Origin: an uncultured delta proteobacterium
GTDB lineage: Bacteria > Bdellovibrionota > FAC87 > UBA2466
Assembly: GCA_963778115.1 (NCBI GenBank)
Contig: CAVZSV010000004.1
Location: 1,920,001 to 1,984,000, forward strand
DNA length: 64,000 nt
Direction: 5' to 3'
Part shown: positions 49,640 through 58,597 of the stretch, one piece after another
Layout of the letters: each line of letters starts with the position of its first letter
Position numbering within the stretch: the stretch's first letter is position 1
Notes under the pieces: model-generated
The model's database searches: none
The model's input: only the letters and a program-made list of their open reading frames with translations
What the model was told of the DNA's origin: nothing
Position numbers and translations under genes: made by a program

Positions 49640-51084
49640 ATAAGAGAATGATCTCCTTCGGAATTTTGTTCGGCTTTCTTTTCTTTGGAATCTCCGCTCA
49701 CGCTTACTTGCAAGTCGCTCGAAAAACCGGTTGGGCTTTTCTGATCGAAAGAGAAGGCGTCGTCTACTTCCAGGAATGCGGGCCTCAGGAAATTCCGGAA
49801 ACAAATTTTGCCGAACTTACCCCCGATGAACTTCTTCAGAAATGCCAAAGCGTTTCGAAAGCCAATCCGTACCAAGTTTCGTCCGTCGACTATAGAAGCT
49901 GGACCAGTGCTCACTACGGTGTTGCAACGATCTTACCAGAGTCTGGAGAAAATTCGTCGGCGTTGCCCTCCTTACTCCGACGAGATGTCGTCGGTCGAAG
50001 AAGTCAGAAGCCAGAAGACGAAGCTTCTCAAAAGCAGTTTGATATTCGCCTGGAACTGGAGAACCTTATTTTTAATTATTTGGGGAAAGAGGATTCCCGA
50101 ACCCTTAAAGCTACGGATCCGGTAAGTTCTACTCTCTTGTACTCGGTAGTTTCGGGCCTTGTGCCCACCTTCTCTAATGGCGCAATCTCTTTCCAATTGG
50201 GCAAGCCTTCTGCTAACGGATGGGACGGATGCGAACCCTATTGGCCCGCTGGTAAATTACCCACGCTCTCGAAAGTATTTGACGCCCCTGAAATTCGCGC
50301 TCGCTTCGAAGCATGGTTACCCAAAGCCTTCGGGGCCCTCCACCTTAAACCAATTCCTTCGACGTTAGTGAGTTGGAACCATTGGATCGAAGGCAAACAG
50401 GCCTCCAATGGAAAGCAAGGATGGATAGGACACACTTCTGTCTTTAGGATCACCATAAATCGAAATGGTTTCCTCTCCCAGCAGACTAAAGATCCGCAGT
50501 CGCTTTATCCTCTGTGTATGCGCCGTCGCCATTCGTTAGATGCTAGTAGTTTCCCCCATGGGCCCGTCACTCTTAGAGCAATCGCAGAGCGCTATCACGG
50601 CTTCTCCGAAGCGGTGCTCTATCGTTTTGCCATGTCGGATGATTTCCTGGGCGACATGCTAGTTCCTCTCATCAACCCCGGAACTGGGGTGAGCGAAGAT
50701 GCCTATAAGGTGATCCAAGAAAAGCTAGATACCGTCACTTGGTGGGCGTATCCGCGATTCGAAGACGTGGAAGCTCAAGCCCAAAAGGAGGCGCAACAAA
50801 GAGCGGCGGAAGCGGAGATTCGGCGCCAGAGGGAAATCGCGGATAACGACGCCAGCCTTAGAACTTACATGGCCAACGAGCGCCCAGGGATGGGGTATCC
50901 CGACGGAGTGCTTGCAATGGGAACTCGAGCGGATGAAAGCCTCTATCTAGAGGTCCCCCGTGGGTATTCGTTGGTAAAAAAACGTACTCAGAATCGGGTC
51001 CATCTCTATATGGACACTTCGCGATTCAGTCCGAGAGTAGTGCAAGAGTACATCGACTTTCTCAATAGACAGGGGCCGTTTTGA
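49636..51084 (+). CDS. Tandem-family member 2, secreted, with a coiled-coil/unique C-terminus
   Basis: Real start is the ATG at 49636 (MNKRMISFG..AHA); family motifs present; no DUF1036-like tail. Confidence 0.82.
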   Translation: MNKRMISFGILFGFLFFGISAHAYLQVARKTGWAFLIEREGVVYFQECGPQEIPETNFAELTPDELLQKCQSVSKANPYQVSSVDYRSWTSAHYGVATILPESGENSSALPSLLRRDVVGRRSQKPEDEASQKQFDIRLELENLIFNYLGKEDSRTLKATDPVSSTLLYSVVSGLVPTFSNGAISFQLGKPSANGWDGCEPYWPAGKLPTLSKVFDAPEIRARFEAWLPKAFGALHLKPIPSTLVSWNHWIEGKQASNGKQGWIGHTSVFRITINRNGFLSQQTKDPQSLYPLCMRRRHSLDASSFPHGPVTLRAIAERYHGFSEAVLYRFAMSDDFLGDMLVPLINPGTGVSEDAYKVIQEKLDTVTWWAYPRFEDVEAQAQKEAQQRAAEAEIRRQREIADNDASLRTYMANERPGMGYPDGVLAMGTRADESLYLEVPRGYSLVKKRTQNRVHLYMDTSRFSPRVVQEYIDFLNRQGPF

Positions 51085-51094
51085 GGAAAGGGTT

Positions 51095-52669
51095 ATGAAT
51101 TTAAGAACTGTGACACTTTGGATTCTCTCTAGTCTAATCCTCTACGCAGCCCCCGCTACCGCTTATATTCTCGTCGAAAGAAATCCCGGCTGGGCGGTTC
51201 TACTTCAAAAAGAGAAGAAGGTCTATTTTGAAGAGTGCGGAAGTACGGAGCTCACGGAGAAGGAGCTTAACGATCTGAATCCCGATCGGCTGTTAACCAA
51301 GTGTAAAGCCCTCTCCCATTCCGAACCCTACGCGATTTCGATGAACGACTATAGATCTTGGGTGGGAGCTCATTATGGGATCCAAAATCCTGAGTCCGCT
51401 AATGACGCTTCTCTTTCGATTCCATCCCGAACCATTCAACAGATCCTGGAACGTCGAGACAAAGGCGGGGACCCCTCTTCTAATGGAGACTTAGAGAATC
51501 GCTATGTCTTGGAGAACCTTCTTTTTACCTACTTGGACCAGGACGAATCGCTCACTTTGTCAGCGAACAACCCCGCGGATCGAACTCTTCGTTTTATATC
51601 CGTGTCGGGCTTAACCCCGTCCTTTTCTAACGGCCAAGCCATTGTGAAACTGAGTAACGCTAACGGATACGAAGGATGTCCCGGAAATTTTGTCCTCGCT
51701 CCCACCGTGACCCTTAACTCTCTCTTCGGAGATACGATTATCCGAACTTCCTTCTACTCCTGGCTAAAAATCGCAAGCCGACAACTGGGGCTTGCGGAAT
51801 CTCCAGGGTCCTTGCTAACTTGGGCGACCTGGCTCGAGGCACGTATGTATAAGCGGGATAATTTTTCGGGAGGGGAAAATCCCTGGAAAACTCACGAAGA
51901 CCTATTTGAATATAACGTTGCCACGGAGCAGATTACTTCTCGTGCGGGAAACGGACCTGTCCCCGCCTTATGCATGCAAAGTGTTCAGCCTTTGGTGTCT
52001 TTCTCCGAAGGACCTATTCATTTTGAGACCATCGCCAAAGATTACCAAATCTCCGAGGCGATGCTTTATCGAAAGTTGACGGCAATTCCCCGCTTAGCAA
52101 AGGCGCTTGGCCCGCTGTCGCTTTCAGGTGGTGGAATAACAGAAAAGAGCTACGCTGAATTACGGCCCCTCCTGGATTCCCTCCTGGGTAAGACTTGGCC
52201 TCGTTATGAAATGATTTATGGCAACCAAGAGGACTTTTCGAGTCGCGAAATTCATCATTCTAGCTATTATACTAATAAGAACGGCGACCCTTCTCATCGA
52301 GAAGTCTTGGTTTGCAACTCAACCCCTCAAATATTAATCAAAACTGCCATTCAGTTCAATTGGGGAAGCCCCGACAGGTTGCCCGCCAGAATTTGGGTGC
52401 GGCTTGCCAACCACTGCATTCTAATCTCGGGTGAAGTATCTGATGTAGTTTATGCCTATGCTTATGCAACATTCTTTTGGGAATGGGGGGGCAATATCTC
52501 TTTTCCGATCGATCAAAATGAGGCGGAAGAGGTGACAAATATTAGACACCACAGCTTGAGCGACACCACCTTAACCTCAGCTAATTTCACCAAGTTTGCT
52601 TTTCCCGTAGTTCAACGGTCAAAATTGCTAATAGACTTCTCCGAGAGGAGAACAGGAACTCATCCATGA
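51095..52669 (+). CDS. Tandem-family member 3, secreted, with a C-terminal DUF1036-like domain
   Basis: Family motifs; tail VLVCN..IKTAI..W.RL..HC..YAYA..W.G. Confidence 0.82.
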   Translation: MNLRTVTLWILSSLILYAAPATAYILVERNPGWAVLLQKEKKVYFEECGSTELTEKELNDLNPDRLLTKCKALSHSEPYAISMNDYRSWVGAHYGIQNPESANDASLSIPSRTIQQILERRDKGGDPSSNGDLENRYVLENLLFTYLDQDESLTLSANNPADRTLRFISVSGLTPSFSNGQAIVKLSNANGYEGCPGNFVLAPTVTLNSLFGDTIIRTSFYSWLKIASRQLGLAESPGSLLTWATWLEARMYKRDNFSGGENPWKTHEDLFEYNVATEQITSRAGNGPVPALCMQSVQPLVSFSEGPIHFETIAKDYQISEAMLYRKLTAIPRLAKALGPLSLSGGGITEKSYAELRPLLDSLLGKTWPRYEMIYGNQEDFSSREIHHSSYYTNKNGDPSHREVLVCNSTPQILIKTAIQFNWGSPDRLPARIWVRLANHCILISGEVSDVVYAYAYATFFWEWGGNISFPIDQNEAEEVTNIRHHSLSDTTLTSANFTKFAFPVVQRSKLLIDFSERRTGTHP

Positions 52670-54366
52670 AATCTCCCCTACACCGTTACGGATTGCTTTT
52701 TATTTTCCTAACGCTTACATCGCAAGGCTTCGCCTATGTGCAAATCGAGCGAAGTCCGGGGTGGGCGGTTATCGTCGAAATAGAGGACAAAATCTATTTT
52801 CAAGAATGCGGGCCATCCCAACTCAAAGAGAGTATCCTGGAGCTGGATCCGGACTCTCTCATGCGGCATTGCCGTGCCCTCTCCGCCATCTCTCCTTACC
52901 GAGTCTCGTTAGCGGACTATAAAGACTGGACCAGCGCTTTTTATGGAGTGGCGACGCGCCCCCGAAACAGCGATAACTCGTCCCGAGTGAGCGAGCTAGC
53001 CAAGCAGCGAATCAGTGAGATTCGAACTCAAAAGGAGAGTGATGCTTTCGCCCGAGATTTTGAAATATTGTTAGAATTAGAGAATGGGGTCTTTCGCTAT
53101 TTAGGAAGTGCGGAATCGCTCACCCTGCGCAAACAGAGCGCTAATGGCGGTTTGCTCTTTGCGCTCGTGTCGGGATTTGAGCCGACGTATTCGAACGGAA
53201 AAGTCGTTTTAAAGATCCTTCCACCGGAAAAAAAGTCAGACGCCTGTCCTGCCCACTGGGCTCCGGCCTCCTTTTCGGTAGTGTCGAATATTTTTTACGA
53301 TTCTACTGAACGAAGTTATTTCGAGGAATGGAGAACGAGATCGTACTCTGCGCCAAAATTATTCGGACCATCCGAATCGTGGATAGCCTGGAGACCCGTT
53401 CTTGAAAAAAAATACACTTCGGATGGCAAATTAGGCTGGATCTTTCACGAGTCACTCGTTGCTTTCAACCTAAGTCGTAACTCCATCTCCTATCGGGAGG
53501 CCAAGAATTCCTATGGTGGGTATGGCTTGTGTGTCCGTGGCCGTCTTCCTTGGGAACGTAGCTCCTATCCGAAAGGTCCTCTCTCTCTTAAGGAGGTAGC
53601 CGATCACTATGGAATCTCGGAAGCCGAATTTTTCCGTTGGGCGATGGCGGATGATTCCCTTGGCGAATTAGTCACAATTCTAACGACGCCCTATACCGGA
53701 ATTACCGAGGAGGCTTATCAGCAAATAAAACAAAAGTTGGATGGATTGATGGGCACGGGGCTACCTAACTACTACGCGCTTCAGGCCATCGCTAATCGTA
53801 ATCCCTTGCATGCTGACTATGACAAACAGGTTGCTTTCTACCAGGGTTATATGGGTCCCTCCGCGAAACGAAGGCTCACTCTCTGTAACGATTCTCCCTA
53901 TACGAAAATTAATCTCGCCATTGCCCTCTATTGGGCCAGTCCTCTCGGATGGACGACGCATTTTTGGTTCGAGATAAAGAAAAATGAGTGTATCCCTCTA
54001 TTTCTTCGCAACGCCGATGACTTTTTTTATCTTTTTGCTTTTAGCACCGAAGGAAAGCAGGTGGTGAAACGCTGGGAGGGAGGGACCCCGCTCGGGGTTA
54101 AGTTTGGAACTATCGCGATCCAAAAAAATTACCCCAATATAGGAGCCCAATATGACATATGGGACGGGGCTGGTGCCGTTGCGATGGCAAGTGAACGAAA
54201 GCCAGAAGTCCCTCGTTTCGAGGATCTCATCGAACAAGCCAATACCGAGTCGATCGCTTCAGTAAACTTTTCAAGGCAGCAATGTCCCCAAGGACGAGGT
54301 GAATGTCGAATGAGCTTAACATCCAGAGGATTTGAATATGGTTATCGTTATCCACAAAGGAAATAG
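52666..54366 (+). CDS. Tandem-family member 4, secreted, with a C-terminal DUF1036-like domain
   Basis: ATGA overlap; tail LTLCN..LAIALYW..GWTTHFWFEIKKNEC..FYLFA..WEG. Confidence 0.82.
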   Translation: MKSPLHRYGLLFIFLTLTSQGFAYVQIERSPGWAVIVEIEDKIYFQECGPSQLKESILELDPDSLMRHCRALSAISPYRVSLADYKDWTSAFYGVATRPRNSDNSSRVSELAKQRISEIRTQKESDAFARDFEILLELENGVFRYLGSAESLTLRKQSANGGLLFALVSGFEPTYSNGKVVLKILPPEKKSDACPAHWAPASFSVVSNIFYDSTERSYFEEWRTRSYSAPKLFGPSESWIAWRPVLEKKYTSDGKLGWIFHESLVAFNLSRNSISYREAKNSYGGYGLCVRGRLPWERSSYPKGPLSLKEVADHYGISEAEFFRWAMADDSLGELVTILTTPYTGITEEAYQQIKQKLDGLMGTGLPNYYALQAIANRNPLHADYDKQVAFYQGYMGPSAKRRLTLCNDSPYTKINLAIALYWASPLGWTTHFWFEIKKNECIPLFLRNADDFFYLFAFSTEGKQVVKRWEGGTPLGVKFGTIAIQKNYPNIGAQYDIWDGAGAVAMASERKPEVPRFEDLIEQANTESIASVNFSRQQCPQGRGECRMSLTSRGFEYGYRYPQRK

Positions 54367-56086
54367 TCCCCATAGGGGGGATAGCTGGCACATAGGAGCA
54401 TTGGCACTGCTATTTCTTGCAACCTATTCATCACTCAGTCATGCCTACTTGCAGATAGAACGAAATAACGGTTGGGCGGTTCTCGTGGAAAATGAGGGCA
54501 AAGTCTATTTTCAGGAATGCGGAAGTTCGCAACTTGATACGGCCTCCTTTGATCTTACCCCTGATGCCCTTTTGTTACGGTGCAAGAATTTATCTCACCT
54601 TTCTCCTTATGAGGTTAGCCTCGCTAACTATCGCAATTGGACGAGCGCGCACTTTGGCGTCGCGACTCGTTCGATGGAAATTGAGCAAAAGACATCTCGA
54701 GTTAACTTGATGGCAAGACAAGGGGTCATCGACAAACGAGCCCAGCGAGAAGCATACGATAGCGCGGCCGCTGACTTAGAGATACTTCTCGAATTTGAAG
54801 AGCTTATCTTTAGATATTTGGGAAGCTCAGAATCCTCCACTTTGCGGAATTCGGATTCCACTTTCGGTTTGCTGCAAGCCGTTGTCTTAGGATTTACTCC
54901 CACGTACTCCAATGGTGATATCGTTTTCCAAGTAAGGCCGCCTTCCCGCTCCGAAAACGGGGACTGTCCGGCCTATTGGGCCCCGGCGTCTTTTGAAACA
55001 ACCTCTAGCCCCTTTCAAAATCGCTTGGAACGTCCCTTTTTCCTCGAGTGGTTAAGGCAAGCCTCCCCCTACTTAGGCCTTCAACATATCCCCCGTACGT
55101 GGGTAGCATGGAAAGCCTGGGTCGAAAGGAAGCGGACGTCCGATGGCAAGGAGGGATCGATACCTCACCAGCAGATGGTTATTCTCGACGTAAGTTCTGA
55201 ACCCATCTCATCCAAAGAAACTAAAGATCCCTCGGGGCTTTATGGATTTTGTATAAGAGGTCGTCTTCCCTGGCATAATAGCGCTTACCCCAAAGGCCCT
55301 TTATCCCTTAACGCGGTAGCCGAACGCTACGGAATGTCGGCAACTCAAGTTTTTCGATGGGCGATGGCCGATGACGCTCTACGGCCGCTCATCACTCTGC
55401 TAATCGCTCCCAAAACCGGGATCACTGAAGAGACCTACTCTTTCGTGAGAACAAGATTTAATAAATTGATGGGACGAGATCTTCCCAACTATTTTGCACT
55501 CGCCACCCGAAATCCTGACGATGAAGAGAAGGATAAGGAGGCCATCTTTTTTCATAGTTCACTGGGAACTTACTCCAAGCGGGGTCTCACTCTTTGCAAC
55601 CATTCTTCTTACCCAAACGTTTTCGTTGCTCTTGCTCTCGATTGGACGGGATGGCCGGAATTTGGAAGAACAACCCACTTTTGGTTTGCGATTAAGCAAA
55701 ATAAATGCATCCCCCTTTATCTTGCTGGTTTTGCCCCATCCTTCTATCTCTATGCCTATAGCCCATCAGAAAATTATGGAATTAATAAGCAGTGGAGCGG
55801 AAACGTGCCTTTAGTCGTGAGATTTGGCAGCGAAGCCGTCCCTAAGAAATTTCACTCCGCTGCCAGTGGTCCTCCGCCCTTTACGATATGGGAGAATGCC
55901 GGAGCGGTAACTTTTGCCGATCAACGAAGATCGGAGGCTTGGTTTTTTGAGGATTTAATCGAACAAAATAATACCTCCTCGCTCGTCTCGGTCAATTTTG
56001 CGAAGAGAGAGTGTCCGGTAGACAAACCGCAATGCGAATTTAAATTCACCGATCGAGGGATTGAAGATGGCCCACTTAGGAAGTAA
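54338..56086 (+). CDS. Tandem-family member 5, secreted, with a C-terminal DUF1036-like domain
   Basis: ATG at 54338 follows GAGGA; closest to member 4 (TTHFWF, FEDLIEQ.N, SVNF). Confidence 0.8.
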   Translation: MVIVIHKGNSPHRGDSWHIGALALLFLATYSSLSHAYLQIERNNGWAVLVENEGKVYFQECGSSQLDTASFDLTPDALLLRCKNLSHLSPYEVSLANYRNWTSAHFGVATRSMEIEQKTSRVNLMARQGVIDKRAQREAYDSAAADLEILLEFEELIFRYLGSSESSTLRNSDSTFGLLQAVVLGFTPTYSNGDIVFQVRPPSRSENGDCPAYWAPASFETTSSPFQNRLERPFFLEWLRQASPYLGLQHIPRTWVAWKAWVERKRTSDGKEGSIPHQQMVILDVSSEPISSKETKDPSGLYGFCIRGRLPWHNSAYPKGPLSLNAVAERYGMSATQVFRWAMADDALRPLITLLIAPKTGITEETYSFVRTRFNKLMGRDLPNYFALATRNPDDEEKDKEAIFFHSSLGTYSKRGLTLCNHSSYPNVFVALALDWTGWPEFGRTTHFWFAIKQNKCIPLYLAGFAPSFYLYAYSPSENYGINKQWSGNVPLVVRFGSEAVPKKFHSAASGPPPFTIWENAGAVTFADQRRSEAWFFEDLIEQNNTSSLVSVNFAKRECPVDKPQCEFKFTDRGIEDGPLRK

Positions 56087-57679
56087 TAAGATATTTTTCC
56101 TATTTTTATTTGGCTTATTGGCCTACTCCCCACCTGTGCAAGGTTACCTTCAAGTGGCTCGTAATCCAGGTTGGGCCGTCATCGTGGAAAAAGACAATAG
56201 CGTCTTCTTCCAAGAATGCGGATCGGAACCTCTGGATGAGGATAAGCTAGATTCGTTGAACCCGGAGCAGCTTTTAGAGAAATGCGCGTCACTCACTTCG
56301 ACTGCCCCCCCCATACCAAGTCTCGAGTGATGACTATAGAAACTGGACCAGTGCTCACTTTGGAGTCATTAACCAAAAAAGAGACCCTTCCACACAGGAT
56401 TTGGCTTTAAGAGCCATTCTCGATCGCAGAAAGGGCGCCCCACCCGAAGGTTCCGTTGAAAAGACACTCGGCTCTCAAATGGAAATGGAAGATTTGCTTT
56501 TCCGATATTTGGGACGGAGCGAATCACGCACACTGTATTCAGCGACTTCTCGGGAACTTATCGACATCGCCGTTTCTGGGCTCGTCCCGACCTTTTCCGA
56601 TGGAGCAATTGTCGCAAAAGTAGGAATGCCTACCGCCGACGGACTGGAGGGGTGTGGAACGGGATGGACGCTTGCTTCCCGATTGCGCGTGGCAAAGTTT
56701 TTCGAAAGCAAGGCAACGCGCGTCCCTTTTATCGAATGGATTCGAGATGCTTGCTCCCGGCTGGGACGTGACAAAACCAATGATACTTGGGTGACCTGGA
56801 GTCCTTGGGGAAAGCGAAATAGATGGAATAGGAAAACAGGTAAAACAGCGATGGAGCAAGAGAGAATCGCTCTTTGGCTTTCGCGTGGAGCCCGATCGAA
56901 AATCCTATACTACCCGCTACCTTGAAAAGCCAACGGGATTATTGCCATTATGCGTTCGCAATGGACAGCCTTTGGACTCCCCTTTTCAATCTCAAACCCC
57001 TGATCAAGTGAAGCAGACCGCTGACGCTTACGGTATTTTAGAATCGAAACTCTATCGTTGGATCATGGCCGAAGAGGTCCTGTCGGGTCTTTTCGCATCG
57101 CCTGGAAAATTTCGACAAGAAAATAGTAAACCTCTATTAGACGCTCTTGTGGAGGAGACGCTAGCCATCGAACAATTGCTGGAAGGGGAGCCGTACTTTG
57201 GCCAGAACTCCCGAAATCGAAAGGATCAAAGACGAATTTTGGTGTGCAACCACACGGACGATTGGATCACGGCCGGTATGGCGCTTCACTGGACTGGTTC
57301 AAGCCAGATGCCCACCCTGACTTGGTTTCGGATTTATACCGACACTTGCGAACGCTTTTTTGTAGCGGGGTTAGCGGTGTCTTCCTATCACGTCTACGCC
57401 TCCACATTCCTAAAGCCGCTGTTGAGACAGGCCCCGCAAAAAGAATGGACGGGAACGGTTCCCTTCCCCAAAACGCGTCCTACCATTGACGATCATTTCA
57501 TGCCCCCGCGGGATAACCCGGAAAAGTTACCTCGCAGTGCCCCTTCCGAGTGGACGCTTCGCCATTTTGATACGGTCAATTTCTCTGAATTCGCTTTTCC
57601 CGAAACGGAAACTGAGTCACGTGTCGATGTTAACCAAGACGGAATCCGCAAGTATGTTCCGCCACCAGAGGAGGAATGA
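56067..57679 (+). pseudogene. Tandem-family member 6, interrupted by two +1 frameshifts at homopolymers (or sequencing errors)
   Basis: Three consecutive ORFs carry the family motifs in order. Removing one C from C8 (56305-56312) and one G from G4 (56807-56810) gives a continuous 536-aa frame ending in a DUF1036-like tail. Confidence 0.78.
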
Positions 57680-57684
57680 CCGGA

Positions 57685-58596
57685 TTACCACCAATCGCAA
57701 AGCTGCGATTCGATTAAAGGCCCCGAAGACTTGCCGTTAGCACCGCGAACCATGGCGAGCTCTTTCTTACCCGGGCGATTTTCAGAAGTCCAAAAGCTAA
57801 ATCTCTTTAACCCCCAACGCAAAGACAAATCGGAAAGCCATTCGCAAACGCTCTTTTCCTCACCTGCATACCAAAGACATTCTACACGCCCCTCCGAATA
57901 GTCTGGAGCGGCCGCCACATAGAACGGCTCTTCGTTTTTAAAACCTTGCCAATAAAGTTGCGTGGGAAGGGTAATGCCTCGCATCCGCGAGATGGCCCGA
58001 TATCTTTCGATTCGCCAGTCCAAAAATTCGATATCGGGGAAGACCACAAGAGATCGAAAATCTGGTGATTGCTGTAAGCGCTGTTGCCTGATTTCCCTAA
58101 GGTGATGGATTAACTTCTGTTGGGTGATAGCAACCGCCATCGTGTCTTTAATGGGAACTGCCTCCCTTTCGACTTCAGTCGAAGGAAATAGACTAAAGCC
58201 CAAGCGCTCGTAAAAGGGAGCCCCCACCTCGGAATAGAGCACGGTCGGAAACGAACCATGCTGATTCAAAAATGCGTTGAGCAAAGCATAACAGTAGCCA
58301 CGCTTTCGTTGATCGGGAGGTGTCACGACGGACGCTATCAAATGGCCTACCTGTTCTTCTAATTTGTCTCCAGCCTTTACTAAAAAGGGGACAGTCAACA
58401 CATCCATCGCACTAAGCGGTAAGCCCTCTTCCCCACGCCAAACATAGGTCGCGATTTTAGTCTGACCGAAAGAATGGTCGTAAAGACATTGCTCCCGATA
58501 ATTAAAATCTTTTGCGGTGAGAGAACCTCGCCACACCTCCGCGCGAAAGGGGCTTAGAAAATGGCGATCCTCTTCATGTCCTAAATCACAGCGCAT
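57685..58596 (-). CDS. GNAT family N-acetyltransferase
   Basis: IASVVTPPDQRKRGY and VLYSEVG..FYERLGF motifs; starts 1 nt after the pcrA stop. Confidence 0.82.
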   Translation of the reverse strand: MRCDLGHEEDRHFLSPFRAEVWRGSLTAKDFNYREQCLYDHSFGQTKIATYVWRGEEGLPLSAMDVLTVPFLVKAGDKLEEQVGHLIASVVTPPDQRKRGYCYALLNAFLNQHGSFPTVLYSEVGAPFYERLGFSLFPSTEVEREAVPIKDTMAVAITQQKLIHHLREIRQQRLQQSPDFRSLVVFPDIEFLDWRIERYRAISRMRGITLPTQLYWQGFKNEEPFYVAAAPDYSEGRVECLWYAGEEKSVCEWLSDLSLRWGLKRFSFWTSENRPGKKELAMVRGANGKSSGPLIESQLCDWW

Positions 58597-58597
58597 A

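Noticed and set aside
49307..57679. Diversity-generating retroelement or recombinase-driven shufflon behind the paralog array
   Set aside because: No reverse transcriptase or recombinase, and no template/variable repeat pair differing only at adenines. The paralogs are diverged throughout, with only short DNA identities.
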